Shown one piece after another: positions 10,596-20,900 of a DNA stretch of 64,000 nt (within the stretch, counting starts at the first letter, position 1; every line of letters starts with the position of its first letter). Origin of the DNA: Vicinamibacteria bacterium. Its GTDB lineage: Bacteria > Acidobacteriota > Vicinamibacteria > Marinacidobacterales > Marinacidobacteraceae. The DNA is taken from positions 2,043,729 through 2,107,728 of the forward strand of contig OZ219816.1 of the NCBI GenBank assembly GCA_964291235.2, written 5' to 3'. The notes below the pieces were generated by a model that ran no database searches, was not told the origin of the DNA, and saw only the letters and a list, made by a program, of their open reading frames with translations. Made by a program: the position numbers and the translations under genes.

Positions 10596-11642
10596 GTGAC
10601 CGGGGCCCGAGCGGCCGCCCTCGCGGTCCTGGTCGCCATCCCGCTGCCGGCCGCCGCCGGTCAGGCGCAGGACCTGCCGGTGGTCAAGCTCTTCACCACC
10701 GGCGGGACGATCCAGAGCCTCGGCAAGGATCGCCTGAAGCTCGCGGAGTACCGCGAAGGGCGCATCGACGGCGACACGATCATCGAGGCCGTGCCCGAGA
10801 CCTTACGCCTCGCGCGCATCGAGGTCGAGGCGATCTCGGCGGTCAGCAGCACCCGGATGGGCGCCGAACAGGGGCTGCCTCTCGCCCGCCAGCTCATGAC
10901 CGAGCTGGAGCGGCCGGAGGTCGCCGGCGCGATCGTCACCCATGGCACCACCACCCTGGAGGAGACGGCCTTCTTCCTCCACCTCACCGTCAGGTCCACA
11001 AAGCCGGTGGTGGTCATCGGTTCCATGCGTCCCTGGACCGCGGTCAGCCGGGACGGCCCGCTCAACTTCCTGGGCGCGGTCCGCACCGTGCTCACCCCGG
11101 AGGCCAGCGGCAAGGGCGTCATGGTGTTGCTCAACGACACGATCCACTCGGCCCGCTTCGTGACCAAGCGGCACACCTACCACATCGAGACGTTCGTCTC
11201 CCCCGATGTCGGCCCCCTCGGCTTCGCCGACTCCGACCGGGTGGTGTTCTATCGCTCGCCCCTCACCCGCCACACCGCCGACACCGAGTTCGACCTCGAC
11301 GGAATCGAGGAGCTGCCCCAGGTGGACGTCGTTTACGGATATCAGGAGGCCTCCCGCGCCCCCATCGACGCCCTGGTGAAGGAGGGCGCAAAGGGCATCA
11401 TCCTGGCCGACGGTTCGCCGGCCTACCGGAACGCGGTGCTGGAGGCCCGGGCCGTGGGTGTGGTCGTGGTGCAGGGCAGCCGCAAGGGTTCCGGCCGCGT
11501 GGTGCTGAGCGATCGCACCGCGGCGCGGGGCGAGATCACCGCCGACAACCTCCACCCCCAGAAGGCGCGCATCCTGCTTCGTCTCGCCCTCACCCGGACG
11601 ACCGACGCGCGGGAGCTGCAGCGGATCTTCAATGAGTACTAA
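10596..11642 (+). CDS. Secreted type II L-asparaginase/glutaminase-like enzyme
   Basis: TTGGTI, THGTTTLEET, GSMRP, DGPLN, VTKRHT, DNLHPQKARILL. This is the C-terminal part of ORF 8613..11642; GTG start followed by a signal peptide. Confidence 0.88.
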   Translation: MTGARAAALAVLVAIPLPAAAGQAQDLPVVKLFTTGGTIQSLGKDRLKLAEYREGRIDGDTIIEAVPETLRLARIEVEAISAVSSTRMGAEQGLPLARQLMTELERPEVAGAIVTHGTTTLEETAFFLHLTVRSTKPVVVIGSMRPWTAVSRDGPLNFLGAVRTVLTPEASGKGVMVLLNDTIHSARFVTKRHTYHIETFVSPDVGPLGFADSDRVVFYRSPLTRHTADTEFDLDGIEELPQVDVVYGYQEASRAPIDALVKEGAKGIILADGSPAYRNAVLEARAVGVVVVQGSRKGSGRVVLSDRTAARGEITADNLHPQKARILLRLALTRTTDARELQRIFNEY

Positions 11643-12735
11643 AGAGCGCGCGCAGGTCGCCGTCGCCTGCGGTATCGCGGCGCTTCTCGGAGCGGCCACC
11701 CTCGGCGCTCAGGAGATTCCCCCGCTGCCGCCACCGGGAATCGATCTGCCGCATGTCGTGCTGGTGTCGCTGGGCGGAGAGATCGCGACGAACTGTGACG
11801 ACCGCCTCGAGCGGGCCGGGTGCGGGGAGGCCGGCGCGAGCATCGGTCCGGACACCTGGGTCCGGGACCTGCCCGACCTGCGGCTCGTCGCCCGGGTGAC
11901 GACGGAGGATCTGCGGGCGCTTTCGCGGGGTGAGGGGCCCATGGCGGACCGTCGGCGCGCGGCGGCGGAGCGTCTGCAACAGCTCGCCGGCGATCCCGAG
12001 GTTGACGGCGTGGTGGTGGCGGACGGGACGGATCGGATCGCGGAGACGGCCTGGTTCATGAACCTGGTGCTGGACACCCGGAAGCCGATGGTCTTCGTCG
12101 GCGCCCAGCGTCCCTGGAGCGCGGTGAGCGGCGACGGCCCGCTGAACCTCTACGACGCCGTCCGGGTGGCCGCGGACCCGGCCGCCGGCGACAAGGGGGT
12201 GGTCGTCGTCCTCAACCAGGAGGTCCACGGAGCGCGCGACGTGAGGAGGACGAGCGCCTACCGCATGGACGGCTTCGGGAGCGTCGATCTCGGACTGATC
12301 GGGGTCGCAGACCCGGACATCGTCCGGTTCTTCCTCGAGCCGACCCGCCGGCACACCCACCGCTCGGAGTTCGATCTTGCGGCGCTCCCGGAATCGCTTC
12401 CCGCGGTGGAGATCGTGACGGCGTATCCGGACGCTCCGGGCGGCGTGATCGACGAGTTGGCGGCGGCGGGAACGAGGGGCCTCGTGGTGGACGGAGCGGC
12501 CCGCCTGTCACCGGGCCAGCTTGAGGCGGTGCAGCGGGCCCGCGCGAGCGGAGTCGTCGTGGTGGCCACTTCACCGGCGCGCGGCGGCCGGGTGCAGCAA
12601 ACGGCGGCCCTCCGCGAATCCGGAATCATCCCGGGCGACAACCTGCCACCGGAAAAGGCGCGGGCACTGCTCCAACTCGCGCTGACCAAGAGCTCCGATC
12701 CAACGGGGATCGGGCGCTTCTTCGACGAGTACTAG
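11632..12735 (+). CDS. Asparaginase-fold paralog with degenerate active site
   Basis: SLGGEI, ADGTDRIAET, GAQRP, DGPLN, GDNLPPEKAR; signal peptide. Confidence 0.82.
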   Translation: MSTKERAQVAVACGIAALLGAATLGAQEIPPLPPPGIDLPHVVLVSLGGEIATNCDDRLERAGCGEAGASIGPDTWVRDLPDLRLVARVTTEDLRALSRGEGPMADRRRAAAERLQQLAGDPEVDGVVVADGTDRIAETAWFMNLVLDTRKPMVFVGAQRPWSAVSGDGPLNLYDAVRVAADPAAGDKGVVVVLNQEVHGARDVRRTSAYRMDGFGSVDLGLIGVADPDIVRFFLEPTRRHTHRSEFDLAALPESLPAVEIVTAYPDAPGGVIDELAAAGTRGLVVDGAARLSPGQLEAVQRARASGVVVVATSPARGGRVQQTAALRESGIIPGDNLPPEKARALLQLALTKSSDPTGIGRFFDEY

Positions 12736-12762
12736 CGAGGAGCGGCCGGAACGCGCGGACCG

Positions 12763-13983
12763 ATGAGACTCCGACAAGCGTGCATCTCGCTGGCGCTGAT
12801 CCTCGCCATGGCGCCGGTAGTGGGCTCCCACGCGACCCCCGGGCAGGACGACGGGGAACCGGGTGTGACGCTGGCCATCGTGGGTCAGGCGCTCATCAAG
12901 GTGGACCCCCGGGAACAGTGGCCAAACCCGTTCGCCGGGGTCCAGCCGATCCTCACGGGCGCCGACGTCGCCTTCACCAACTTCGAGATGGCGGTGGACG
13001 ACGAGTGCGGCGTTCCCCCGGACTACCAGGTCGTGCTGGGTGAACCCGAACTCGCCGAACCGCAAAGACCCGGCAACACGGGCGGGCCCCATGCGGTCCA
13101 CGAGAACGTGATGGCGTTTCTCGCGTCCTTGAACTTCAGGCTGCAGTCCCTCGCCAACAACCATTCGTGGGATCTCGGAGATTGCGGGGTGCTCGCCACC
13201 ATCGCGGCCGCCGAGGAATACGGCGTGACGCACGCCGGCACCGGAGAGAACCTGGACCAGGCGACGCGCGCGGCGGTCATCGAGGTTCAGGGCGTCCGGA
13301 TCGCGCTGCTCGCGGCGACCACCTCGAGGGACGAGCGGGACCTCATCCTGCCGACCGCATCCAGCCCCGGGGTGAACGGCGTCTGGATCGGACACCAGGA
13401 CGATTGGGACCGGAACATCGAGGCCGTCCGCTCCGCTGCCGGGCGCGCCGACTTCGTCATCTACTACCACCACTTCCAGATCACGACCGAGGAACTGTCC
13501 GGGGACCGCTCGAGCCGGGTGCAGGGGCACCGGGACGTGGGCAACGTGGAGGAGTGGCAGTCCCGCTTCGCGAGAGCCGTGATCGACGCCGGCGCCGGTA
13601 TGTACCTCGCGCACGGCGAGCGCATCTTCGACGGCATCGAAATCTACAGGGGCCGGCCGATCATCCGGCAGTTCGGCGGGTTCGCCTACCAGGGACTCCA
13701 GGCGGAGGGCGCCTACGACCCGCTCATCTGGGAGGGGCTCCTGGGACTTCTGACGATCCGGGACGGGGATGTCCAGGCGCTGGAAGTGATGCCTCTCAAA
13801 CTGGACGAAGGGCGGGAGAGCGAGTACGGCAGCGCGATCCAGTTCAGGCAGAAGCGCGGCTTTTCCGATCTGGCGGCCGGCGAGCCGGGACGCCGGATCC
13901 TCACGCGATTCGCGGAACTGTCCCGGGAATACGGCACGAGGGTGCGGCTCGAAGGCCAGCGCGCGGTGATCGAGGGTTGGTGA
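12763..13983 (+). CDS. CapA/PGA_cap family metallophosphoesterase-like protein
   Basis: FTNFE, SLANNHSWD, HAGTG, ARAVIDAGA; signal peptide. Confidence 0.85.
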   Translation: MRLRQACISLALILAMAPVVGSHATPGQDDGEPGVTLAIVGQALIKVDPREQWPNPFAGVQPILTGADVAFTNFEMAVDDECGVPPDYQVVLGEPELAEPQRPGNTGGPHAVHENVMAFLASLNFRLQSLANNHSWDLGDCGVLATIAAAEEYGVTHAGTGENLDQATRAAVIEVQGVRIALLAATTSRDERDLILPTASSPGVNGVWIGHQDDWDRNIEAVRSAAGRADFVIYYHHFQITTEELSGDRSSRVQGHRDVGNVEEWQSRFARAVIDAGAGMYLAHGERIFDGIEIYRGRPIIRQFGGFAYQGLQAEGAYDPLIWEGLLGLLTIRDGDVQALEVMPLKLDEGRESEYGSAIQFRQKRGFSDLAAGEPGRRILTRFAELSREYGTRVRLEGQRAVIEGW

Positions 13984-14016
13984 GCCGCCGGACGGGCCGC
14001 GCCGCGCGGACGGGCC

Positions 14017-16863
14017 TCAGACCGGCGCCAACGACGGTTGTTCCGCAGGTCCGGATGCCGGTTCCGCTTCGCCCGCATCCGCCGGATCGCAGGCTGTCCG
14101 CAGGATTTCGGTAGCGACCGGCTCGAACTCCGCGAGCGTTCGGGTGATCTCGGTCGGGCGCGGCGCCGAGCCGTTCCCGGCGAGCAGCGTCCGGAACCGG
14201 AGGGTGAGGCGGTCGGCGGAGCACCCCAGCAGGGCTGCTTCGGGGCCCGCCGGCGCAAGCCGGACATCATCCACGAAATCCTTGAGGTCCACGTCCACCG
14301 TCCGTTCGCGCGGTCCGGGAAGCGGCCGGGAACCGCGGCGTCTCGATTTCTGCTTCACGCGGCGGGTCAGAGCGAGCGGCCAGGAATCCGTGGTCCGGAA
14401 CGCCTCCAGGCGGGATTCCACCTCGCCAGGTTCGAGGTCGGCGGCCAGCAGCACCGCGTAGCGGAGCGCTCCGATCCAGCGGGAGAGCTTCGGCTCACCC
14501 GACCGAACCCGCACCAATTCCGTGAACCGCAGTCCTTCCTCGGAAGCCCCCCGCAGTGCTTCCAGCACCTGGGCTTCCGGTAGCTCCTCGGTCAGGGCGA
14601 ACTCGCAGAACTCGCCGAGCGACTGCACGCCGAGCGGCAGGGCCGGGCCAAAGCTGATCTTGGGACGCGGCGAGAAGCCCTCGCTGAAGCGGATCGGCAG
14701 ACCGGCCCGCCGCAGCACGCGCGGGAGAATGCGGATCAGTTCCCCGTGGCCCCGGAGCGCCATGGGTCCGAATTTGTCGAAGCGGGCCCGATAGACCACC
14801 GGTTCCCCCTGAGCAGCGCGGACCGGCGGCGCCGGACGGCGGTGGCCGCCGGCCGACGCGGGAGGCGCCGCGGCCGCCACCACCGGGAGAAGCGTCTCCG
14901 AGGCGCTCCGCGGTTCCTCGGCGCCGAGATTCTCCAGAAACTCGATCCGCTCGCTGCGCATCCCGTCGAGATCGCAGGCCACCCCGCAGTGGTAGCAGAC
15001 GAGCTTCCGCTCGTCGGCACGGGCGTCGGAGGCGTTCGTGTGATGGACCTGCATGGAGACCGGCTTCCCGCACGGCGGCGAGGCCCGGTCGCGGAGCGAC
15101 CGCCGGTATTCGCGCAGCAGGAACCCGTCCGCAAGCCCCACGTCCACGTGCTCCCAGGGGAGCCGGCCGTCCACCGGGATGGTGCCGAGGTAGTCCCCGC
15201 GGGTCACGCCGGTCTCGGATTCCCAGCGCTCGAGGGCCGTTTCCCAGAGGTCCCAGCGGAGCTGCTCGTCCCAGCCGTCGAACCGGGCGCCGAGCCGGAA
15301 GGCGATCTCGACGAGCCGGGCCGTCCGGATGTCGCCCCGAGCCAGGATGCCTTCGAGATGGCTCACGCGCCGGTCGTGGGTACGCAGCCGGAAGCCGTCC
15401 TGGCGGGCGCGTTCGTGAAGGAGTTCCTGCTTCCGCTCGATGTCGGCCATGGAGTCCTGGGCACACCACTGGAACGGCGTGTGCGGCTTCGGGACGTGGC
15501 TTGAAACGGCGACCGTAATCCGGACCCGCCGCTTCGCCTCGCGGTCGCCGATGTGACGGGCCTGCCGGCCCATGTCGGCGATCCCGAGCACGTCCTCGTC
15601 CTCTTCTGTCGGGAGCCCGATCATGAAATAAAGCTTGGCCCGGTCCCAGCCGCGCGAGAAGACCCGCCGGCAGGTCTCGTAGATGTCCTGCTCGCTCACG
15701 TTCTTGTTGACGACGTCGCGCATCCGCTGCGAGCCGGCTTCGGGAGCGAAGGTGAGGCCGGTCGCCTTCACCTGGGAGATGTCGTCGAGCACCTCCTCCG
15801 GGAGTCCGTAGGCGCGGAGGCTCGAGATGCCGAGAGAAACCCGGCGCGGCACGAGTTCCTTCATCACTTCCTTGATGAGGGGGGCAACGCAGGAGTAGTC
15901 CGCGGTCGAGAGGGAGGTCAACGACGCCTCGTCGTAACCGCCCTTTTGGACCGCGGAAACCACGGTGTCCACGATCGCCTTCGGGTCGCGTTCCCGGACC
16001 GGCCGGTAGATCATTCCTGCCTGGCAGAACCGGCAGCCCTCGGTGCAGCCACGCGCGATCTCCACCGCGGTGCGGTCGAAGATGGCCTCGGCAGCCGGCA
16101 CCGGCGAGTCGTCCGGGAACGGAAAGCGGTTCACGTCATCGAGGAAGGCGCGCTCGGTGCTCAGCGGCACCTCGGGGTGGCGCGACCGGGACACGTAAGC
16201 CAGCCCCGAGCGGTCACAGACATCGCGGTCGTAGAGCGCCGGGCAGTAGAGACCGCCGCCGGCCTGCAGCCGCACCAGCATCTCCACGCGGTCCTCGATC
16301 CCTTCCTCTTGAAGCCGCGCGTGTTCGCGCATGAGTTCGGGCAGGCGCTCCTCGGCGTCTCCGATGAGAAACGCGTCCACGAACGGCGCCATCGGCTCGG
16401 GCTGGGTCGCAACCGGGCCGCCCGCGAGGATCAGCGGATCGTCCGGTCCCCGGTCATGACTCCGGATGGGAATCCCGCCGAGATCGAGCATGTTCAGGAC
16501 GTTGGTGAACGTCAGCTCGTACTGGAGCGAGAACCCCACGAGGTCGAAATCGCCGAGCGGGCGCTGCGTTTCGAGGCTGATGAGGGGAAGGCCGCGCTCG
16601 CGCAGCTTCGCCTCCATGTCGGGCCAGGGGCAAAAGACCCGTTCGAGCGCGAGGTCCGGCTGGTCGTTCACTACCTTGTAGAGGATCTTGGTGCCGAGGT
16701 GGCTCATCCCGATGTCATAGACATCCGGGAAACAAAACGCCATCCGCGACTGAATCCCGTCGTCCGACTCCTTCACCACCTGGAAGCGCTCGCCGCCGCC
16801 GTAGCGGGCGGGGCTTTCCACTTCGTGGAGGAAGGCGGCGTAGGGATGGCGGGTCTCGGGCAT
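14017..16863 (-). CDS. TIGR03960-type radical SAM protein fused to a TIGR03936/DUF2344 domain
   Basis: FPDVYDIGMSHLG, RGCTEGCRFCQAG (CX3CX2C), TFAPEAG; C-terminal FSEGFSPRPKISFGPALPLG. Confidence 0.88.
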   Translation of the reverse strand: MPETRHPYAAFLHEVESPARYGGGERFQVVKESDDGIQSRMAFCFPDVYDIGMSHLGTKILYKVVNDQPDLALERVFCPWPDMEAKLRERGLPLISLETQRPLGDFDLVGFSLQYELTFTNVLNMLDLGGIPIRSHDRGPDDPLILAGGPVATQPEPMAPFVDAFLIGDAEERLPELMREHARLQEEGIEDRVEMLVRLQAGGGLYCPALYDRDVCDRSGLAYVSRSRHPEVPLSTERAFLDDVNRFPFPDDSPVPAAEAIFDRTAVEIARGCTEGCRFCQAGMIYRPVRERDPKAIVDTVVSAVQKGGYDEASLTSLSTADYSCVAPLIKEVMKELVPRRVSLGISSLRAYGLPEEVLDDISQVKATGLTFAPEAGSQRMRDVVNKNVSEQDIYETCRRVFSRGWDRAKLYFMIGLPTEEDEDVLGIADMGRQARHIGDREAKRRVRITVAVSSHVPKPHTPFQWCAQDSMADIERKQELLHERARQDGFRLRTHDRRVSHLEGILARGDIRTARLVEIAFRLGARFDGWDEQLRWDLWETALERWESETGVTRGDYLGTIPVDGRLPWEHVDVGLADGFLLREYRRSLRDRASPPCGKPVSMQVHHTNASDARADERKLVCYHCGVACDLDGMRSERIEFLENLGAEEPRSASETLLPVVAAAAPPASAGGHRRPAPPVRAAQGEPVVYRARFDKFGPMALRGHGELIRILPRVLRRAGLPIRFSEGFSPRPKISFGPALPLGVQSLGEFCEFALTEELPEAQVLEALRGASEEGLRFTELVRVRSGEPKLSRWIGALRYAVLLAADLEPGEVESRLEAFRTTDSWPLALTRRVKQKSRRRGSRPLPGPRERTVDVDLKDFVDDVRLAPAGPEAALLGCSADRLTLRFRTLLAGNGSAPRPTEITRTLAEFEPVATEILRTACDPADAGEAEPASGPAEQPSLAPV

Positions 16864-17046
16864 GGCCGGGGCGAGGATTCTAGGAGGGAACGCCGGGATT
16901 CACACGGGCATCACGGCAAACCGGGAAGAAAACACCGGTCAATCCGCCCGGTCGGGGCCTTCGGACGGGTATCGGAACGTCCCCGGGTGGGGGACGCGCA
17001 CCGCCGCCCGCCGTGATGCGCGCGGCTCCGGTAGATTCCCATCCGG

Positions 17047-17850
17047 ATGGCCGAAGACCTCACCGAGATCGCCGTTCCTCCCGCGCTGGGGCCGGAACCG
17101 ATCCGGATCCACCACCCGGCGGGCGCCTTCGTCCCGACGCCCGCCAGTCGAATCGCCCTCCAGGCCATCGGAACGCACTCCCACCGCTTTCGGGGGCGCG
17201 GGCTCGACTGGGGCAGCGGGTCGGGCATTCTGGCGATCGCCACCGGCCGGATCGCCGGCGTGGAGGCGGTGCTCGGGCTCGAACTCGACCCGCGGGGTGT
17301 CGCCGCAGCCCGGGAGAACGCCCGGCGGAACGGGGTCGAAGACAAGGTCCAATACGTCGAATCGGACTCCTACCAGCCCGTTTCGGCGGAGGGCGCCAAG
17401 GCGCTGGACCGGTTTCGCGGCGCTACCGACTTCATCCTGGCGAATCCGCCGTCCTCGAGTCCGCGCGGAGACGGCTTCGAGTTTCGGCGGGTTGTGCTGC
17501 GAGGGGCCCGGGATTACCTCCGGGCGGGTGGATTCCTGCTGCTGAGCGTTTCGACCCAGTACGGCGAGGAGCGGGTTCGAGGGCTGCTGCGCCGGAATCC
17601 GGAATTCGTTCACGACGGCGTGGCCGCCACCAGCGCCTGGGTCCCCTTCGACATGGAACGTCCCGACCTGCGGCGGGACGTCCTCACCTACGCCCGCGAG
17701 GAGGAACGCCGGGGCCTGCCCTATGCGTTTCGCGACCCTCGCGATCCCACCCGGCAGATGACCGCGGTCGAGGCCTGGAAGCACTTCCAGGCGACGGGGG
17801 AGAGCCCGCTCTCGCGGTGGCAGAACCACCTGCTGGTCCGGGAGGGATGA
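17047..17850 (+). CDS. Class I SAM-dependent methyltransferase (PrmC/MTS-like)
   Basis: LDWGSGSGILAI motif I and ILANPP. Confidence 0.8.
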   Translation: MAEDLTEIAVPPALGPEPIRIHHPAGAFVPTPASRIALQAIGTHSHRFRGRGLDWGSGSGILAIATGRIAGVEAVLGLELDPRGVAAARENARRNGVEDKVQYVESDSYQPVSAEGAKALDRFRGATDFILANPPSSSPRGDGFEFRRVVLRGARDYLRAGGFLLLSVSTQYGEERVRGLLRRNPEFVHDGVAATSAWVPFDMERPDLRRDVLTYAREEERRGLPYAFRDPRDPTRQMTAVEAWKHFQATGESPLSRWQNHLLVREG

Positions 17851-17983
17851 AGTTCGCCAGTCCACTCCGGGAGGCGTTATCTCCCAAGTGATGCCCGACG
17901 GAGGCCGGCGCTGTCGTCCCCGCGACCCTGACGGACCGCTTTGCCAGTCGGAAGCCTCCAGCGGGAAGGGCTGGAGCGTTCCC

Positions 17984-19993
17984 CTATCCGCCCACCACGG
18001 AGTGGACGGCGGCGCAGACCGCTTCCTCGGTCAGCCCGAAGCGGCGGGCCAACTCCCCTCCGGGAGCGGAAGCGCCGAAGCGATCCACCCCGACGACCGG
18101 GCCGCTCCCTACGTACCGCTCCCAGCCGAGCGTCGCACCCGCCTCGACCGCAACGCGCGGAACGCCCGCCGGGAGCACGCCCTCGCGATAGCCGTCCTCC
18201 TGGGCCTCGAAGAGCTCCCAGCACGGGAGGGAAACCACCCGCGCCCCTATCCCTTCGGCGTCCAGTTGTTCCGCGGCCGCACACGCGAGAGAAACCTCGG
18301 AGCCGGTGGCGATCACCACCGCCCTGAGCTCGGATTCCGGATCCCGGAGCACATAACCGCCGCGCTGCAGGCCGGTGGCCCGCTCCGGGGTGGCGACGAC
18401 CGGCACCTTCTGCCGGGTCAGGACCAGCGCGGTGGGCCCGTCGGTGCGTCGCAGGGCGTGCCGCCAGGCCTGCACGGTCTCATTGGCGTCGGCGGGACGG
18501 ACCACGTGCAGATTCGGCATGGCGCGCAGCGACATCAGGTGCTCCACCGGCTGGTGGGTCGGGCCGTCTTCGCCGACCCCCACCGAGTCGTGGGTCCAGA
18601 CGTACACCACCGGCAGCCCGGAGAGCGCCGCGAGCCGCACCGAGGGACGCATGTAGTCGGCGAAACAGAAGAAAGTGGAAGCGAACGTCCGGAATCCCCC
18701 GTGGTAGGCGATGCCGTTCGCCGCGGCGCCCATGGCGTGCTCGCGCACTCCGTAGTGGAGATTGCGGCCGCCCGCGTCGCCCGCGGACTGGGAGCCGAGG
18801 CCGACCAGCGCCGTCTTCGTGGAACACGACAGGTCGGCGTCTCCGCCGAAAAACTCGGGAAGCCGCGCCGCCAGGGCGTTCATCGCCTTGCCGGACGCGT
18901 CCCGGGTGGCGAGCCGATCCCCGGCCCCGAACGCCGGAAGTCCCTCGTCCCACCCCTCGGGCAACCCGTTCAGAAGCCGGCGCTCCAATTCAGCGACCGG
19001 CCCCGGAGCCTGGGTCCGAACCTGGTCGAGGTTTTCGTACCACGCCTGTCGGGCCCGTTCCCCTTCCCGGGCCCGCTCACCGCACCGTTGCCGAACGGCC
19101 TCCGGAACGGAAAAGACCGTCTTCGGATCGAGTCCGAGGGCCGCCTTGGCGGCCGCCGCCTCCTCGGCGCCCAGCGGAGCGCCGTGCGCCGCCGCCTTGC
19201 CCGCCTTGTTCGGGGCGCCATAGCCGATGGTGGTGTTCACCACGATCAGCGACGGCTGCTCCGGTTCGCCCACCGCGGACGCGATCGCAGCGTTGATTCC
19301 TTCGAGGTCGTGATCCCCGTCGGCGACCGTCTGCACGTGCCAGCCGAGCGCCCGATGGCGGGCCGCCACATCTTCGACGGAGAAGGAGAGGGAAGCCGGC
19401 CCGTCGAGGGTGACGTCGTTTTGGTCGTAGAGCCAGACAAGCCGCCCCAGCCCCAACTGGCCCGCGAGCGACGCCGCCTCGCACGCCACTCCTTCCATCA
19501 GGTCGCCGTCCGAAACCAGCGCGAACACGCGGTGGTCCACGAGATCCGGGAACCGTGCCCGGAGGGCGCGCTCGGCGATCGCCATGCCCACCGAATTCCC
19601 CGCCCCCTGCCCGAGCGGTCCGGTGGTCGCTTCCACGCCGGGAGTGGCGAACGTTTCCGGATGTCCTGGAGTCCGGCTCTCCCACTGCCGGAAGGCCCGG
19701 ATGTCGTCCAGACTCACGGGATAACCCGCCAGGTGCAGCAAGGCATAGAGCAGCATCGAACCGTGGCCGGCAGAGAGCACGAAGCGGTCCCGATCGGGCC
19801 ATCCGGGATCGCCCGGGCAAGTCTTCAGGTAGCGGCTCCAGAGAACCCAGGCCATCGGAGCGGCCCCCATGGGAAGCCCCGGGTGCCCGGAATTCGCCCT
19901 TTCGACGGCATCGATGGCGAGCCCCCGAACGGCGGCGATCGCTTGGGAATCGACCTCGTCGAAGGGGCGGGAAACGGGGGCGGGGCTCGGCAA
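17984..19993 (-). CDS. tkt: Transketolase
   Basis: [52 protein letters not shown]; start approximate. Confidence 0.96.
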   Translation of the reverse strand: MPSPAPVSRPFDEVDSQAIAAVRGLAIDAVERANSGHPGLPMGAAPMAWVLWSRYLKTCPGDPGWPDRDRFVLSAGHGSMLLYALLHLAGYPVSLDDIRAFRQWESRTPGHPETFATPGVEATTGPLGQGAGNSVGMAIAERALRARFPDLVDHRVFALVSDGDLMEGVACEAASLAGQLGLGRLVWLYDQNDVTLDGPASLSFSVEDVAARHRALGWHVQTVADGDHDLEGINAAIASAVGEPEQPSLIVVNTTIGYGAPNKAGKAAAHGAPLGAEEAAAAKAALGLDPKTVFSVPEAVRQRCGERAREGERARQAWYENLDQVRTQAPGPVAELERRLLNGLPEGWDEGLPAFGAGDRLATRDASGKAMNALAARLPEFFGGDADLSCSTKTALVGLGSQSAGDAGGRNLHYGVREHAMGAAANGIAYHGGFRTFASTFFCFADYMRPSVRLAALSGLPVVYVWTHDSVGVGEDGPTHQPVEHLMSLRAMPNLHVVRPADANETVQAWRHALRRTDGPTALVLTRQKVPVVATPERATGLQRGGYVLRDPESELRAVVIATGSEVSLACAAAEQLDAEGIGARVVSLPCWELFEAQEDGYREGVLPAGVPRVAVEAGATLGWERYVGSGPVVGVDRFGASAPGGELARRFGLTEEAVCAAVHSVVGG

Positions 19994-20124
19994 GAAGCGC
20001 CGGACGGTAGCATGTTCCAGGCAGCATTTGTCCCCCCGAACGCGGCGAGCTGCCGAGGACCGGAGAACCGTCAGCGCCCGGGGCTCGTTCAGGGAGACAA
20101 ACCCACTACCGGAGTCCTTCGCGC

Positions 20125-20859
20125 ATGTTCTTATCCCTGAGTTTCGAACCGCTGGAGCGGGTCTCTCCGCCACGCGGACTGATCCTCGCCGCCACCCTCG
20201 CGGCGTCGCTCGCCGCCTGCGGCGAGCAGATCGACCACACGCCGCTCGGAGCGGCCGCCGCCGCCGGTGAACTGGAAGCGGTCCGGGCGCTACTCGACCA
20301 CGCGGATGCCGACCCCGACGCCATTGCCGAGGCCGGTTGGGGGCCTCTCCATCTTGCCTCCCGGCACTCCGACCTCGCCGTCCTCCGCGCCCTGGTCGCG
20401 GGCGGCGCAGACATCGAGCTGCGGGATCGGCGGAACGGCTGGACGCCTTTGCTCCACGCGATCCACGTGCGCAACGGACCGGCGGTCACGGCCCTCATCG
20501 AGGCCGGGGCGGATGTCAACCGAACCGGGAAGAGCGGGATGACTCCGCTGATCATGGCTTCCGGATACGGCATGACCGATTCCGTACGCCTGCTGCTCGC
20601 GAGCGGGGCGAATCCGCGCGCCGAGATGCGCGGCCTGAACGCGCTCTGGGCGGCGGCCGGCGGCGGCGCCATCCATGACTTCACCGACGGACCGCCACTC
20701 GGACGATGCTTCCCCGAGGTCATTGAGATCCTGCAGTCCCACGCGCCGGATCTCAGGATGGGGAGTGGAATCCGGAGCCGGATCCTCGGCTGGCTGGCGG
20801 ATGACGGGTGCGAACCGCTGGTGGCGGAACTCGTGGACGAGAGCCGCGTGGCCGACTGA
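20125..20859 (+). CDS. Ankyrin-repeat protein, probable lipoprotein
   Basis: Repeats [31 protein letters not shown]; LAAC lipobox-like motif after a hydrophobic stretch. Confidence 0.85.
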   Translation: MFLSLSFEPLERVSPPRGLILAATLAASLAACGEQIDHTPLGAAAAAGELEAVRALLDHADADPDAIAEAGWGPLHLASRHSDLAVLRALVAGGADIELRDRRNGWTPLLHAIHVRNGPAVTALIEAGADVNRTGKSGMTPLIMASGYGMTDSVRLLLASGANPRAEMRGLNALWAAAGGGAIHDFTDGPPLGRCFPEVIEILQSHAPDLRMGSGIRSRILGWLADDGCEPLVAELVDESRVAD

Positions 20860-20900
20860 CCTTCGGCCGTAGCGGGCCCGGCGCGGCAGGGAGACGGCGG

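Noticed and set aside
8613-11642. 1009-aa ORF as an amidase-asparaginase fusion
   Set aside because: The amidase is in another frame with its own stop at 10581; the asparaginase has its own GTG and signal peptide
12763-13983. Poly-gamma-glutamate capsule locus
   Set aside because: No capB/capC nearby; stand-alone CapA-domain proteins are common
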